From: Podarcis liolepis
Taxonomy: Eukaryota
NCBI GenBank assembly: GCA_965112155.1
Contig: OZ218109.1
Strand: one strand, 5' to 3'
Length of the DNA: 64,000 nt
The position numbers and the translations under genes are program-made. Positions within the stretch are counted from its first letter, which is position 1. Each line of letters opens with the position of its first letter. The notes under the pieces are model-generated. The model was not told where the DNA came from. It saw only the letters and a program-made list of their open reading frames with translations, and made no database searches. Shown piece by piece: positions 38,901-51,456 of this stretch.

Positions 38901-41900
38901 GTAACACTTTTTAAAAATCCGCTGTTTTGAACATGGTCAATGGTGTAGCATAGTTCAGTTTCTTCTTAGGGTTGCATCGTTCTAGTTGCTTTTTATGCAA
39001 AGAGAAGGCTAGGTTGAGCAAGAAAGACCTTGCTAAAGAGAGTAAATTTCTTTCTTTGCAGTGCATTATGGATGCAGGACCTGTTCTCCATTTTTGCCTA
39101 GGTCTGTGCTCTCTATGGTTATCAGATATGAAAACCTTAACCTAGGATTCAATGAGCTCCACAGACTCATACAAGAAGCTTGTGTTAGCCTTGTTCAGAG
39201 GTTCCCAAGCTTTGGTCTCCAGCTATTTTTGGACTACAACTCCCATCATCCTTAGGTGGCTGGACCCAGTGGTTAGGGATGATGGGAACTGTAGTCCCCC
39301 CCAAAAAAGCTGGTGGCCCAAGTTTGGGAAACCCTGGCCTAGTTGAATTGTGTGACATTCCTCTTCTGAGCAGGTTATTTTTTCTCTTGGGCTGTGTACA
39401 CACTGTGTACACACGCTCTGCATTGAGTGCACTTTTCCACTCATGGTTTGGGAAGTGGTGTATGGATGACATTAGCCTCAGTCCATATATATCTTGTTAT
39501 TTCTTTGTTTTTAATGCGTTTTGTCTTAAAACCAGCTTTAATCTGAATTGAGAAAAAGAACAACCTAGCTGCATTTCAAACTAGTAATGTGTACACAGCC
39601 TTATTCTTAAGTTTGTCTTCCATGCTTTAACCTGATGGTTCCCAGGGCGGTACTCAACAATATATTAAGTACCCAAACCAATACAAGAGCCATAAAACCA
39701 TTATGAAAAGCAAGAAATCAGTAATTCAGACAACATAGCAGTTTACATTATACATCAGCCCAAATGATAAGCCTAGGGAAATAAATGCCTCTTAATCTGG
39801 TGCACAAGGACAGATAGTGTAGGAGACAGCAGTATCTTTGTGACAGTGGTGGGGGTCTTTTTATGGTCATCTGACATTATATTGATTTCGGATGATTGTC
39901 AGATGGATAGCCACACAGCAGGAGAATTGTTGAGGAAAACTGCCTTGAGGTTCCCTACTCCTGCCCTGTAGGAAGGAACCTCCATATCTAGGATGCCACA
40001 ACAGAGAAGGCCCTGTTCTACATAGTTGCACCACAAACAATAGATGTAAACAAATATGAGCGAGCTGCTCCTGGATTTATGCTGCATCATAGAATGTTTA
40101 TTTGAACTTTCATCTAGTTTCAAAATCAGTTTACTGTGGCCCGAAATTCCCTTGAGCTTGCGGAAGTAGTCAGCCCTCTGAACCTTGGCTGTGCTACTTA
40201 GCAAAGGTCAAACTGCTAAGAAGTTTGCATATTGACATAAGTTTTGTTCTTTTTTTTCAGGACATCCATCCATTTTATGCAGATTTGATGAACGTTCTTT
40301 ATGACAAAGATCATTACAAGTTGGCTTTGGGGCAAATTAACATTGCAAAAAATCTGATTGACAAGTAAGAGCTTAATATTTAGTTGTTGTCCATGCTTCA
40401 AAAAACATTTCTGTTGTTTGGATCACTGTAGCACATACACATAGGGACGCGGGTGGTGCTGTGGGTTAAACCACTGAGCCTAGGGCTTGTTGATCAGAAG
40501 GTCGGCGGTTCGAATCCAGGGTGAGCTCCCGTTGCTCAGTCCCTGCTCCTGCCAACCTAGCAGTTCGAAAGCACATCAAAGTGCAAGTAGATAAATAGGC
40601 ACCACTCCGGCGGGAAGGTAAACGGTGTTTCTGTGCGCTGCTCTGGTTCGCCAGAACTGCTCTGTGGTTCTTCCTTATAAAGCCATGCCTTTGAAACATG
40701 AAGAAATGCCTGCATATTCCTCGGGACTTACCCTTTCATTTCCCCCTTTCAAATGCTCCAGTTCTGTGCTCAGGTATTAGGATGGTGGAGAGGGCAACAA
40801 GCTTCTAGGGGCCTCAATACAAGTTTGACTTCTGTTTTTGAAATACAGCGTTGCCAAAGATTATGTACGGCTGATGAAATATGGAGATTCCCTTTACCGA
40901 TGCAAGCAGCTGAAGCGGGCTGCTCTGGGACGGATGTGTACAATCATCAAAAGACAGAAGCAGAGCCTGGAGTACTTAGAACAAGGTGGAGTATATCAGG
41001 GGTGATAGCAGAACAGACTTCCTACTTTATTGCGATACCACCCTGTCCCTGCTCAGTAAGTTCATACCGGCCTCTCAGGCTTCTTGTCCCAACTTTACCT
41101 TCACAACCGCCCTGTGAGGCTGAGAAAGTGACAGACTGACGATCTGAGTGATGGTTCTAGTACTCTTCTGGCATCAATAATCATTGCAGCACTTTGGCTG
41201 TCATTAGACAATGAACTTTAGTAGTAATAAAGTTAATCTGCCAGAAATGGGCCCATTCAATAATATCCCTGGCCAATCTTCCTGTTCAGCCGGAGAGAGT
41301 ATACGAGACTCGCCTTGCTTCTACAAGAAGTAGATAGCCTGGTGTGTCTTCATTTAAGGTGTGGAACTTTTTGCCAATTAATATTAAGCAAGAGCTGTTA
41401 GTACATTTCCAATTGTGCAATGAAACATCCCCTCCCCATAACTCTTCTGCCCCAGAACAAATTTACGGAACATTCGAAGAGACGGCAGGGAAGTTCTGTT
41501 GCGCAATTGGACTGCTTTGCGGATACTGTCTTTTGTTCAAAATGCCTGCTTAGGACTCTTCTGCTTACACCGGGCCTATCAGATGCATAGCTCAGCCATT
41601 GGTAATTGTGCATCAGTGCCCAGATGCTAAGTATTTTTAGACTTCAACAAATGAAAGATTGTCCTTATTTTTTACAGTGCGTCAGCATTTATCTCGCTTG
41701 CCAACCATCGACCCTAACACACGGACTCTCTTACTGTGTGGTTACCCGAATGTTGGGAAATCCAGCTTTATAAACAAGGTTTGTGGATATTTGTATGGCT
41801 TCGGAGCTAAAGGAAAGTACCATGCAATCATAAGCTACTTTTTCTGCTCGGAAGTAAATCCCATTGAGTTGCATGCAACTTGCTCCCTAGTAAATGTGTT

Positions 41901-44900
41901 TAGGATAGTAGCCTTAGTTGAGTTTATATTCAGCTAGGGATGTGCTGCCTCTTAATGAGTGAATAGATATTTTAAATCTTTGAGTAGATAAAGGGTCACA
42001 TTCCCTTTTAAGGGCTGCAATATCAGCGGTGGTCATGGCCAGGGCCAGATCAACATGTGTTACAGAGTACTGCATTCAAGCTATGCAAAACTCAGAGGTT
42101 TCGATGCACAATCTCTCCACCTGGGCACAGGTGCTGTAGCACTTTGCACACCTGCAATTCCCAGGAGGTATTCAGAGTATAATGTCTTTGACAGTGGCGG
42201 TAGAACACAACTATGGTGGATAGTAACCATTGATAGTCTTGTCTTCCATGAATTTGTTTAATCCTCTTCTAAAGCCCTCCAAGTTGGTGGCCATCACAGT
42301 CTCCTGTGGAAGCAATTTCCATATTTTAACTATGCACTGCGTGAAGAAGGACACATTCCATCCTTGAGGTTGGGGTAGGACCAGAGAAGAGGGTAGCCTG
42401 GGAAGAATCTCAGGGTCTGGATAGAGAGACCTGGAGCTTGGAAGTTCCACCCCGAGTGCTAAACAGAAGATAACTTGGTTTTACATATTCTGAGTTCCAG
42501 AACAGAAAATATCTTCTCTTTCCTACCCCACCCCTAAATAAGTGTGCTCTAGTTTGAACTGCAGTGGCTCAGACATTTCTCTTGTAAGAAGCCGAGTATG
42601 GCCCTTGTTTGTTTGAAAAATGGAATTGTCTTATAAATGGAGAGACACTGCAACTTTGGGACTTCTTGTGTTTCAGGTGACGAGAGCAGATGTAGAGGTG
42701 CAGCCGTATGCCTTCACCACAAAATCTCTGTTTGTGGGCCACATGGATTACAAGTATCTGCGTTGGCAGGTAAGGACTTTGCTGTAGCAATTAGTTGGGG
42801 CGGATCTTTCTCCTTCAGGGTAGTGCTGTGAATCGTGGTTACATATCCTTATGACCGCTGCTCCTTGTGTGCATTTTTCTAATCTATGGTTTGTGCTGAA
42901 GAAGATTCCAGTGAAACAGTCAGATTATCTGGGATCACTGTCCTACGTTGTTATTCACTTACTACTTCGGCACCATGAACGCCTAAAAAGTTTCACCGCT
43001 TAGCTATGTTGTTATTCACTTACTACTTCGGCACCTGAATGCCTAAAAATTTTTACCGCTTAGCCCACAGGATAGCATCTATTACTTTGTTTCAACTATA
43101 GACTTATTATACTTCTACGGTATTTATTTGATTTCAGATATATTAGAGAATTTACAAGTGTACACATTTTGTTTTTGTTGTACTAAATTATGTATATTAT
43201 GCAATAAGAATTGCAGTGCTACCTAGTATACTGGTCATCGTGTTGCTTGTGTTGTTTGTCGTGAATCGTATTTTGACTTCCTCGAGCTCCTTATAAGGTT
43301 TCTGAACTTCCAACTTGCCTTGCTTGCAATCTTCACCTTTGTAGCAAACTGCAAGCCAGGTTGGGAGTCTTCTTTTACAGTAATGGCCACTCCTTCCAAG
43401 CTGTAACCCTCTGAAGATTGAGCCCTTGTCTCAAAGCAGTTTTCAAAGAAATTTCTCCTTTTTAATAATGTTTGCCCAGTCTTGTCTCAGCCATGGACCC
43501 CAACGCAGCTCATTTGGTGCTCTTGTAGATGAGCTGATTGGGGTGATGCTCCTGTGTGTCTTCTCACCACTTATTGAGTCATCTGATGATACTCTAGCTC
43601 AGCTATCCACATGACTACATAAGACAGGCTGTCTGGAAATGTGGGCGACTGAGGTTTCTAGACTTGAGGGTTGTGACGAAATAGTTGTAATCCTCTATGG
43701 CAATATAAACCTATTACAAAAGACTGTCCTGGGCTTTTAGTCCTTGGAAGGGTGTTGACACTCTGTACTTAGCTGCCTAGCCATTGATTAATGTAACTTT
43801 CATGTTCTGGAGCTTTACCAAAAGACATAACACCCTCTACCAAAACCCTAAAACAAACCTGTCCAAATCTGCCTAGGAAGATCAGTTGGCATGCTTCAGT
43901 TTGTCCAAGTGAATGACTACAGTAACTTCAACTAGCTGTCCTGTACCCAGATGCTGTGCTTGTTTACTTCAAAGTAAATCTACTGAGTTCAATGGTACTT
44001 ACTTGCAGGATATGTGGGTATGGGATTGCAGCCATTGATATTGCATGTAGGAGCAAGAATTTCTATGGTATTCTGAGCGATACTACAGTGGTGCCCCGCA
44101 AGACGAATGCCTCGCAAGACGAAAAACCCGCTAGACGAAAGGGTTTTCCGTTTTTGCGTTGCTTCGCTAGACGAATTTCCCTATGGGCTTGCTTCGCAAG
44201 ACGAAAAAGTCTTGCGAGTCTTGCCATTTTTTTTCGCTTCCCCCCCTTTTTCTAAGCCGCTAATAGCCTTTTAGCCGCTAAGCCTTTAATAGCCGCTAAA
44301 CCGTTAATAGCGCTAAGCCGCTAATAGGGTTGCTTCGCAAGACGAAAAAACTGCTAGACGAAGAGACTCGCGGAACGGATTATTTTCGACTTGCGAGGCA
44401 CCACTGTATTTCAGCATCCTTGCCTTCTGTTTTGCAGTTTAGGAGGAAGGGTTAATAGTATTTGAGCTGCAGAGGTGCTTGAAGCGCTGTTCCAGAAGTG
44501 GGGCTATTTTTCCTCCCTAGCCCAATTTCTGGTTTGCTTGTCAGTGCATGTGAGATCAAGGACTTTAATTTTGTCTGTCTTCATTCTAGGTGGTGGATAC
44601 CCCCGGTATTCTGGATCATCCCCTGGAAGAGAGAAACACCATTGAGATGCAGGCAATAACAGCGCTTGCCCATCTTCGTTCAGCTGTCCTGTATGTCATG
44701 GATATATCAGAGCAGTGTGGGCACAGCCTGGAAGAGCAGCTCGAACTCTTCAGCAATATCAAGCCACTGTTTGTCAACAAGGTGGGCTGGGATTTAATAT
44801 CTGATGCCGAGCTGCTGCTTTCTTGGTTATAAAATATAGACTGGATGCTTAGTTCAATCTGTTATTTCCCCCTTTTTAACTTTCAGCCTCTAATAATCGT

Positions 44901-47900
44901 AGCAAACAAATGTGACGTGAAGAGGATTTCTGAGCTTTCTGAGGAAAACCAGGTAGGAAATTCTGTTCGTCCATCTGTCTTAAGGTTATGCACTGGCTCG
45001 GAGTGCAGCTTGAGTAATGGGGTAGATCAGGATGATATGGAGAAGACTCCTCCTTTGCAGAATCAGGTCATGCCAAAATCAAATATCTTTAATACGGTCA
45101 GTGACCAGGAAGCAATTTATAAAATATGACATTAAGAGTAGTATTGTGCTAGAAGTAGCAGTAAAAATATGGCCAATTCTCAGAGTTGGTGCTTATATTT
45201 ATGACCAGTTTTCGAGTTTTAAGTTTTTAAAATTCAATTCAGGAGTCGCTACTGTTTATTGTCGTTCCTTCGATGTTTACAGTTTGGACTCCTTTGTAGA
45301 CATCATTGCTCTTCTTATTCTTGTTGCAATGTAACAGTACTATGCCACGGACCTGTTAATTTCGGGCTCTTTGTCAGCTAAGAGGTGTCTGATATAGGTG
45401 TCGTCTGTGCTACGAGGTATTTTCCTGAGAATCGGTTCGATCAGCTCTTTTCTTGCTGTTACAGGGACATAATCTTTGTTCGATCGGTATTTTATTGTAT
45501 CTTCCCCCTAGAAGAGCTGAAGGGAGAGCGTTAAAGCGGGCCTTGGAAAATGCCCATCGGTGTTTAGCGTTGTCTAGAACTTTGAGATAGTTTGCAAGAT
45601 GGGGCCTTTGGGAATTGTATAGAAGTTTATAAGTTATCGGAAGTTGGTTAAAGTCATTTTGGGTTTCAATGTCCCTGAGTCTTTCTTTGATTATGTTCTT
45701 GGCCCTTCCCCTTTCTAAACTTAATAAATACTCTGGGGAGAGACCATATGTGGCCAGTTTTCTGAGGATGCCCTTCAACCAGCTAGATTGGAATTTATCA
45801 AGAAGCATCAGGGAAAGTAGTCCAACCGGCGTGTTGTTAAGTCTTAGCCAAGTGCATAAGGTTCTTATCCATACTTTGGCTTTAAAATCAGGTCATGCCA
45901 TTAACAAGGCAAGTCGAAGTGGATCAGGATCAAACTCAATTTTCTGAGTAGCTCTGTCGCCTCCATTTTTCTAAAAAGTTAAACCCACAATTTTACCCTC
46001 ACCATTTTTTGAGAAACAAAACCAAGTGGTCTGGGGAAACGGCCAGAACCTGAGAGGGGACAAGGTGGTGTTCTGGTAAGATCTTTTCATCTTGACAAAG
46101 AGGTTTAGCTTCCATTCACTGTGAATTATCCCCCCTCCCCCGCACCCCAATCAGAATGATTTGGGGAGGCAGTTCGTTTATTTCAAAGAGTTGTTCTTTG
46201 TGAGGGTCTTCTTTCTCGTCTGAATTTTGGCTGTGAGAGCAGGGAGTAAGCAGCAGAGTTACACTGCACAAGTAGCCTGCTTTCCCCCCAGTCATCTTTT
46301 TTCCTAACAGACGGCTCAAAACCATAACTTGCTTTCTTTGGTGACTGTTCCAGTTTTTTTATACCAAAGGTGATATCACTTAGCATGATAGCCCCTGGAC
46401 CAGTTTCCTGAATTTTAGCAGGCATTTTAGCCTGAAACTGGCAGGTGTAATCCACCTGCAGTGGTTCCTTTGCATGCAAATTTCATCCACATGTGAAAAA
46501 GAAAAAAAGAAAAACACTATCCATTTTTTCGGTTTCTAGTTTTAGTCGATGGTGGTTTCGGATTTAACTGATCGGAGTCAGACATACCCAAGTAATGAGT
46601 TGATGTGCAACAGTTTAGGTTGCATACACACTGTACTTTTCAGGCACAATACATTTAAAGCACATCCATAGCACATTCCCCCCCCCCCCCATTCTGGGCA
46701 CTGTAGTTCACAAAGTTAACAACTCCCAGCAACCCTTAACAGATTACATGCCCAGAATTTTTTGAGGAGGGAAACAGATGGAACTATGGTCTGCTTATTT
46801 GTAATTTATTTCACTGCCGATGTGACACATTCTAACATAACTGTTGTATCTTCCAGTTCATGAAGATCTTGTGTTTATTTTGATACCTTAGCAATAGAAG
46901 GCAGCAATATTTTTGTTGAGTTTAAGCATTTAGTTTCACTACTGAATTCACGTGTGTCCGTCATGTTTTAGAAAATGTTTGCTGATTTAGAAGCAGATGG
47001 GCTTCCTGTCATCGAGACGAGCACCCTAACCGAAGAAGGAGTGATTCAAGTTAAAACAGAAGTGAGTTGTATGTATGTTTGTTTTTGTATAAGCTGTGTT
47101 CCAGACACTCTCATTGGGCTGGCCCAACAGTGACCACCTCCACATTTAAAAGATTTGTGCTGCTTAGGGAAAGGCTACAATAATAATACAGTAATAGTAA
47201 TAACTTGCACTAGACTAGAACACTGCTCTGGTTTGCCAGAAGCAGCTTAGTTATGCTGGCCACATGACCCGGAAGCTGTACGCCGGCTCCCTCGGCCAAT
47301 AAAGCGAGATGAGCACCGCAACTCCAGAGTCGTCCGCGACTGGACCTAACGGTCAGGGGTTCCTTTACCCTTTACCTTTAATACTTTGCACTAGGACACT
47401 GCAGGAGAAATGTGAAGCCAAATCCAAAGGTGATTATTATTATTTATATTATTTATTATATCTGTTAGTTGCATTAGCTTGTCCAAGGCAATCAAAAGCG
47501 ACTTGTGCAACCACAAAACCTACCTATTTCAGCAAATGTTTATGGCATAGGACCACCTGCTCTTTTACCTTTTGCTCATGGTTGTTTTGACCAACCTTTT
47601 GTTCTGTTAGCTGCTGGCAGCTGAACTGGAAGCCTGTTTGGACAACTGTAAAGAGGGGGAACATTAATGATAGGCTTTCTTCATTGTTCCATTCCCTCTA
47701 ATAGGGAACTTAGGTGGTTGATTGCCAAACAATTTACAAGCTAGAGAGGGTAATCCAAAAAGAAAGGAGTGTTTTATATGTGCTGGGGGACCTTTTGGCC
47801 CTCCCATTCCAGACTGACAAGTATGTGAAGTTCTTTTAAAATGGCCTCCTTAGTGGAAAGGCAGAAAAGTCTGGCGATAATGGGCCTGTTGATGCAAGCA

Positions 47901-50900
47901 CTGGCTTGCTCTGTAGGTGAATTCTAGATCAGAGACATTAAGCTTAATATTAGGGAAGATGGGATTAAACCAGGAAGTTGTAAAAGAGAGTCAATCTTGG
48001 CCTTCCGGAAATTTATAGTAATTTTACCCTGCAGAGTCAATTTTTTTAGGATTTCAAATTGGAGGTTTGATAGCGCGTGAGTAGTTAAAGAATTAGAGCG
48101 GCCATCTTGCTTGGTGATTTCACACACACACAGTCTGGTGCAGATGTAGTGCTTTCTTTTCACTGTGGTTATGAGATGGAGAACCTGTGAACCTGTGGGT
48201 GCTCCCAGTTTTCTTTCCCCTGCTGTTTTTTCAGTGACAGTAAGGATGGAATTTGGGAGCCCGTGGGGTACTCCTGCTCAGTGAAACTGACATTAAGAAA
48301 TTGGGAGCCATTATGTTTGCGTGTTATTCGTTTGCTTTCATCAGCATGTTTTTTTGAATTCCTATTTTATATGTTCTCAGGCCTGTGACAGGTTGCTGGC
48401 CCATCGTGTTGATACCAAAATGAAAGGAAACAAAGTACACGATGTACTGAACAGGCTCCACTTAGCTATCCCGTCCAAAAGAGACAACAAGGTTGGTGTG
48501 TGTGCCCATTATACCTCTGTCATCCCCTGTCCCCTCCGATTTCAGCAATGTATGTATATATAATACACATGCATCTAATCAAAACAGTCTTGGTCTTCCT
48601 CCTCTTCTTCTTCTTCTTCTTCTTCTTCTTCTTCTTCTTCTTTTTTTTTTTGCTTTCACATGCTGATAAATGCAATTATGATTTGCTTGTTTTTTGTTTT
48701 TAAATTGCTTCCTTGAGCTCATCTTGGTTTTATCCTTTAATCTTAGGAAAGGCCACCTTTTATCCCTGAAGGTGCCCTGCTCCGCAAAAAACGCATGGAA
48801 GTTGATGCGCCTAAAAAGAAACTGGTAAGCATCTTTTGAAAGATTTTCCCAGGAGAAGAAGAGCAAAATTTGTGTGAAGCTTTTTAAAAAGGGCCCATTT
48901 TAATGCTGTATGCTTGTTCACAGGAGAAAGATATTGAAATGGAAATGGGAGACGAGTATGTTTTGGATCTTAAGAGTAAGTGGTAACAGTAATCTTAATG
49001 TTCACACTAGAGGTGTCACTGGATGTAGTTTTCCCATTAGCAGACAGTTCAGGTAGAAAACTGCAAGGTTAACTTCAGCTGTTGTGTGTGGTTAGGAGCC
49101 CTGTTTAGGGAAGTTTTTGATGTTTGGTGTTGCTGCTTTTTTATTATTAATACTCTGTTGGGAGCCGCCCAGAGTGACTGGGGAAACCCAGCCAGATGGG
49201 TGAGGTATAAATTATTATTATTATTAACATTATTAACATAATTATTACCTTATGCTCTTAGTCTACTGAATAATACTGATGTTCACCTAATTTTCCATCA
49301 GGGACTATATGTTAAAGTTGATGGAGGGCTTTGTCGGTTTGCATAAGGAGTGAACAACCTGCAGCCTTTGGCCTAATGTCATGCATCCCTTTCCCGAATT
49401 ACCCTCTCCTGTTCTGCCACTGGCAAAGCTGCTTTGGGTGGAGGGAGGGTAGCAGGTGTCAGAAAGTGAGTGACCTTTCTAGACACTCAGCTTTTTGGAC
49501 AGGTAATAATTCAAAATACAAGGGTTTTTTTTGACGAAGCCTAAGGTTAAAGGAAGATTGTTCTGGTTGCCAGACAGGTTTATCAACTTTGGACCACCTG
49601 CTGTAATTTCCTGCTGTAACGATGAAATAGTAGCTTCTGTGCTGCACAAATTAATAATTCTGTGTGTTGTTCCCCTCCTCCCCCCCCTTTAGAATACTGG
49701 GATCTAATGAATCCATCTGAAAAATATGATAAGGTGCCAGAGATCTGGGAAGGACACAATATAGCAGATTATATTGACCCAGATATCATGAAGGTATGAG
49801 TTATCCCCATTAACTTCACACTTCAATGTACAGAAAATGTGTGCACTCTTGGCATGACGTGAATCTGCAGAACATTCTGTCAAGCTATGCATTTCTTGTC
49901 TAGCCTCTTATTAAGAAGAATCACAACTAAGAAGAATGAATTGATTGACTCCGTAAAACCATCACTCTGCTTCTGCCTTTAATCTTGGTTCAGAAATTGA
50001 GGACTTCTGATATGGCAGTTAGGAGTTTGAGCATTAACTACCTGAAAGGCTCTGTTGATGAATATTTGAAGCATGCATATTGTAAAAGTTTCTAATGCAT
50101 TGTGTGTGACGTCTTTAAAGAAACTGGAGCAACTGGAGGAAGAGGAGGAGCTGAGGCAAGCAGCTGGAGAATATGACAGCGACTCAGAAAGCGAAGATGA
50201 GGAAATGATGGGCATCAGACAGCTGGCACAACAGATTCGAGAGAAAAAGAAACTCAAGATGTTGGCATCCAAAGAGAAAGATACACAGGGGCCAAGGATG
50301 CCGAGAACGGCGAGAAAGGCAGGTTTCAAACATTTTGTTAAGAATGTGTTGGGGCCTGACTGCAGTTAAGGGATTAAGGGATTTACGTGTGTTCCCTCCC
50401 ACCCACTCACTTCCGTTACAAAACAAAAATGGAAGTTGTCATGGCTAGAAATGCCTGTTAGACTGCAGATTAAAAATAATGGCTTAGGCAGATGAAATAG
50501 TAACAGGTCCGTAAGCGATAGAAGAAGAAGAATGAGAATCTCCATTAAGGTGTGTTCTAGTTTAGGACTTGTCAGAAACACAAGGATCACGCCTGAGGCC
50601 TGCTCTACGCAGTCAGCAGAACAAAGTTGTGGAATGAACTGGGATGTAGGAAGGTGACTTCTGTTGAGTCTGAGCTTTGGTCCACCCAACTCAGCACTGT
50701 CAACAGTGAGTGGCAGAGGTTCTCCAGGGTTTCATACAAGAGTTTTCCCCAGGCTACCTGGAGATGTCTGGATTGAGCCTGGGACCTTTTTCCATACGAA
50801 GCATGTGCTCTAGGTCTGAGCTATGGCCCTTCCCTATTTCAGACATGATTTTTTTATTTCACTCACACCCACCCACCCACACAACATTACAGTGGTGCCC

Positions 50901-51402
50901 TGCAAGACGAATGCCTTGCAAGACGGAAAACCCGCTAGACGAAAGGGTTTTCCGTTTTTGAGCTGCTTCGCAAGACGATTTTCCCTATGGGCTTGCTTTG
51001 CAAGACGAAAACGTCTTGCGAGTGTTCCGATTTTTTTCCGCTCCCCCCCTTTTTCTAAGCCGCTAATAGCCTTTTAGCCGCTAAGCCGCTAATAGGGTTG
51101 CTTCGCAAGAGAAAAAAACGCTAGACGAAGAGACTCGCGGAACGGATTAATTTCGTCTTGCGAGGCACCACTGTATAAGCTTCTAACAGTTCAACAAACA
51201 AATTTTACTATAGGCCACACACCCGCCTGCACTGGCATGTTTCAAAGCAACAAACAGCAGCTTAAGTGAACTCCCAGTTGTTCCTTTGCCAGAACAAGTT
51301 GCATTCCTTCATCCAAATTCTTCCTACAAGGCGTAGGGCTGATTGAGATCTGGCCCGTTGGGGTTGGGGTAAAGTTCCTCATGTCTGCCTTAAGCACAAC
51401 AG

Positions 51403-51456
<54 letters not shown>

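Noticed and set aside
42828-43269. GTGAATCGT direct repeat as TSD of a 424-bp insertion
   Set aside because: A 9-mer match within ~500 bp is expected by chance; no element termini or tail
43584-43652. Possible intronic C/D snoRNA (TGATGA...CTGA) in GTPBP4 intron 6
   Set aside because: C box lacks the 5' purine, there is no convincing terminal stem, and I recognise no rRNA-complementary guide; an Rfam or snoscan search would be needed
48594-48651. GAA/TTC triplex-forming repeat near GTPBP4 exon 11
   Set aside because: Only about a dozen units; an ordinary microsatellite
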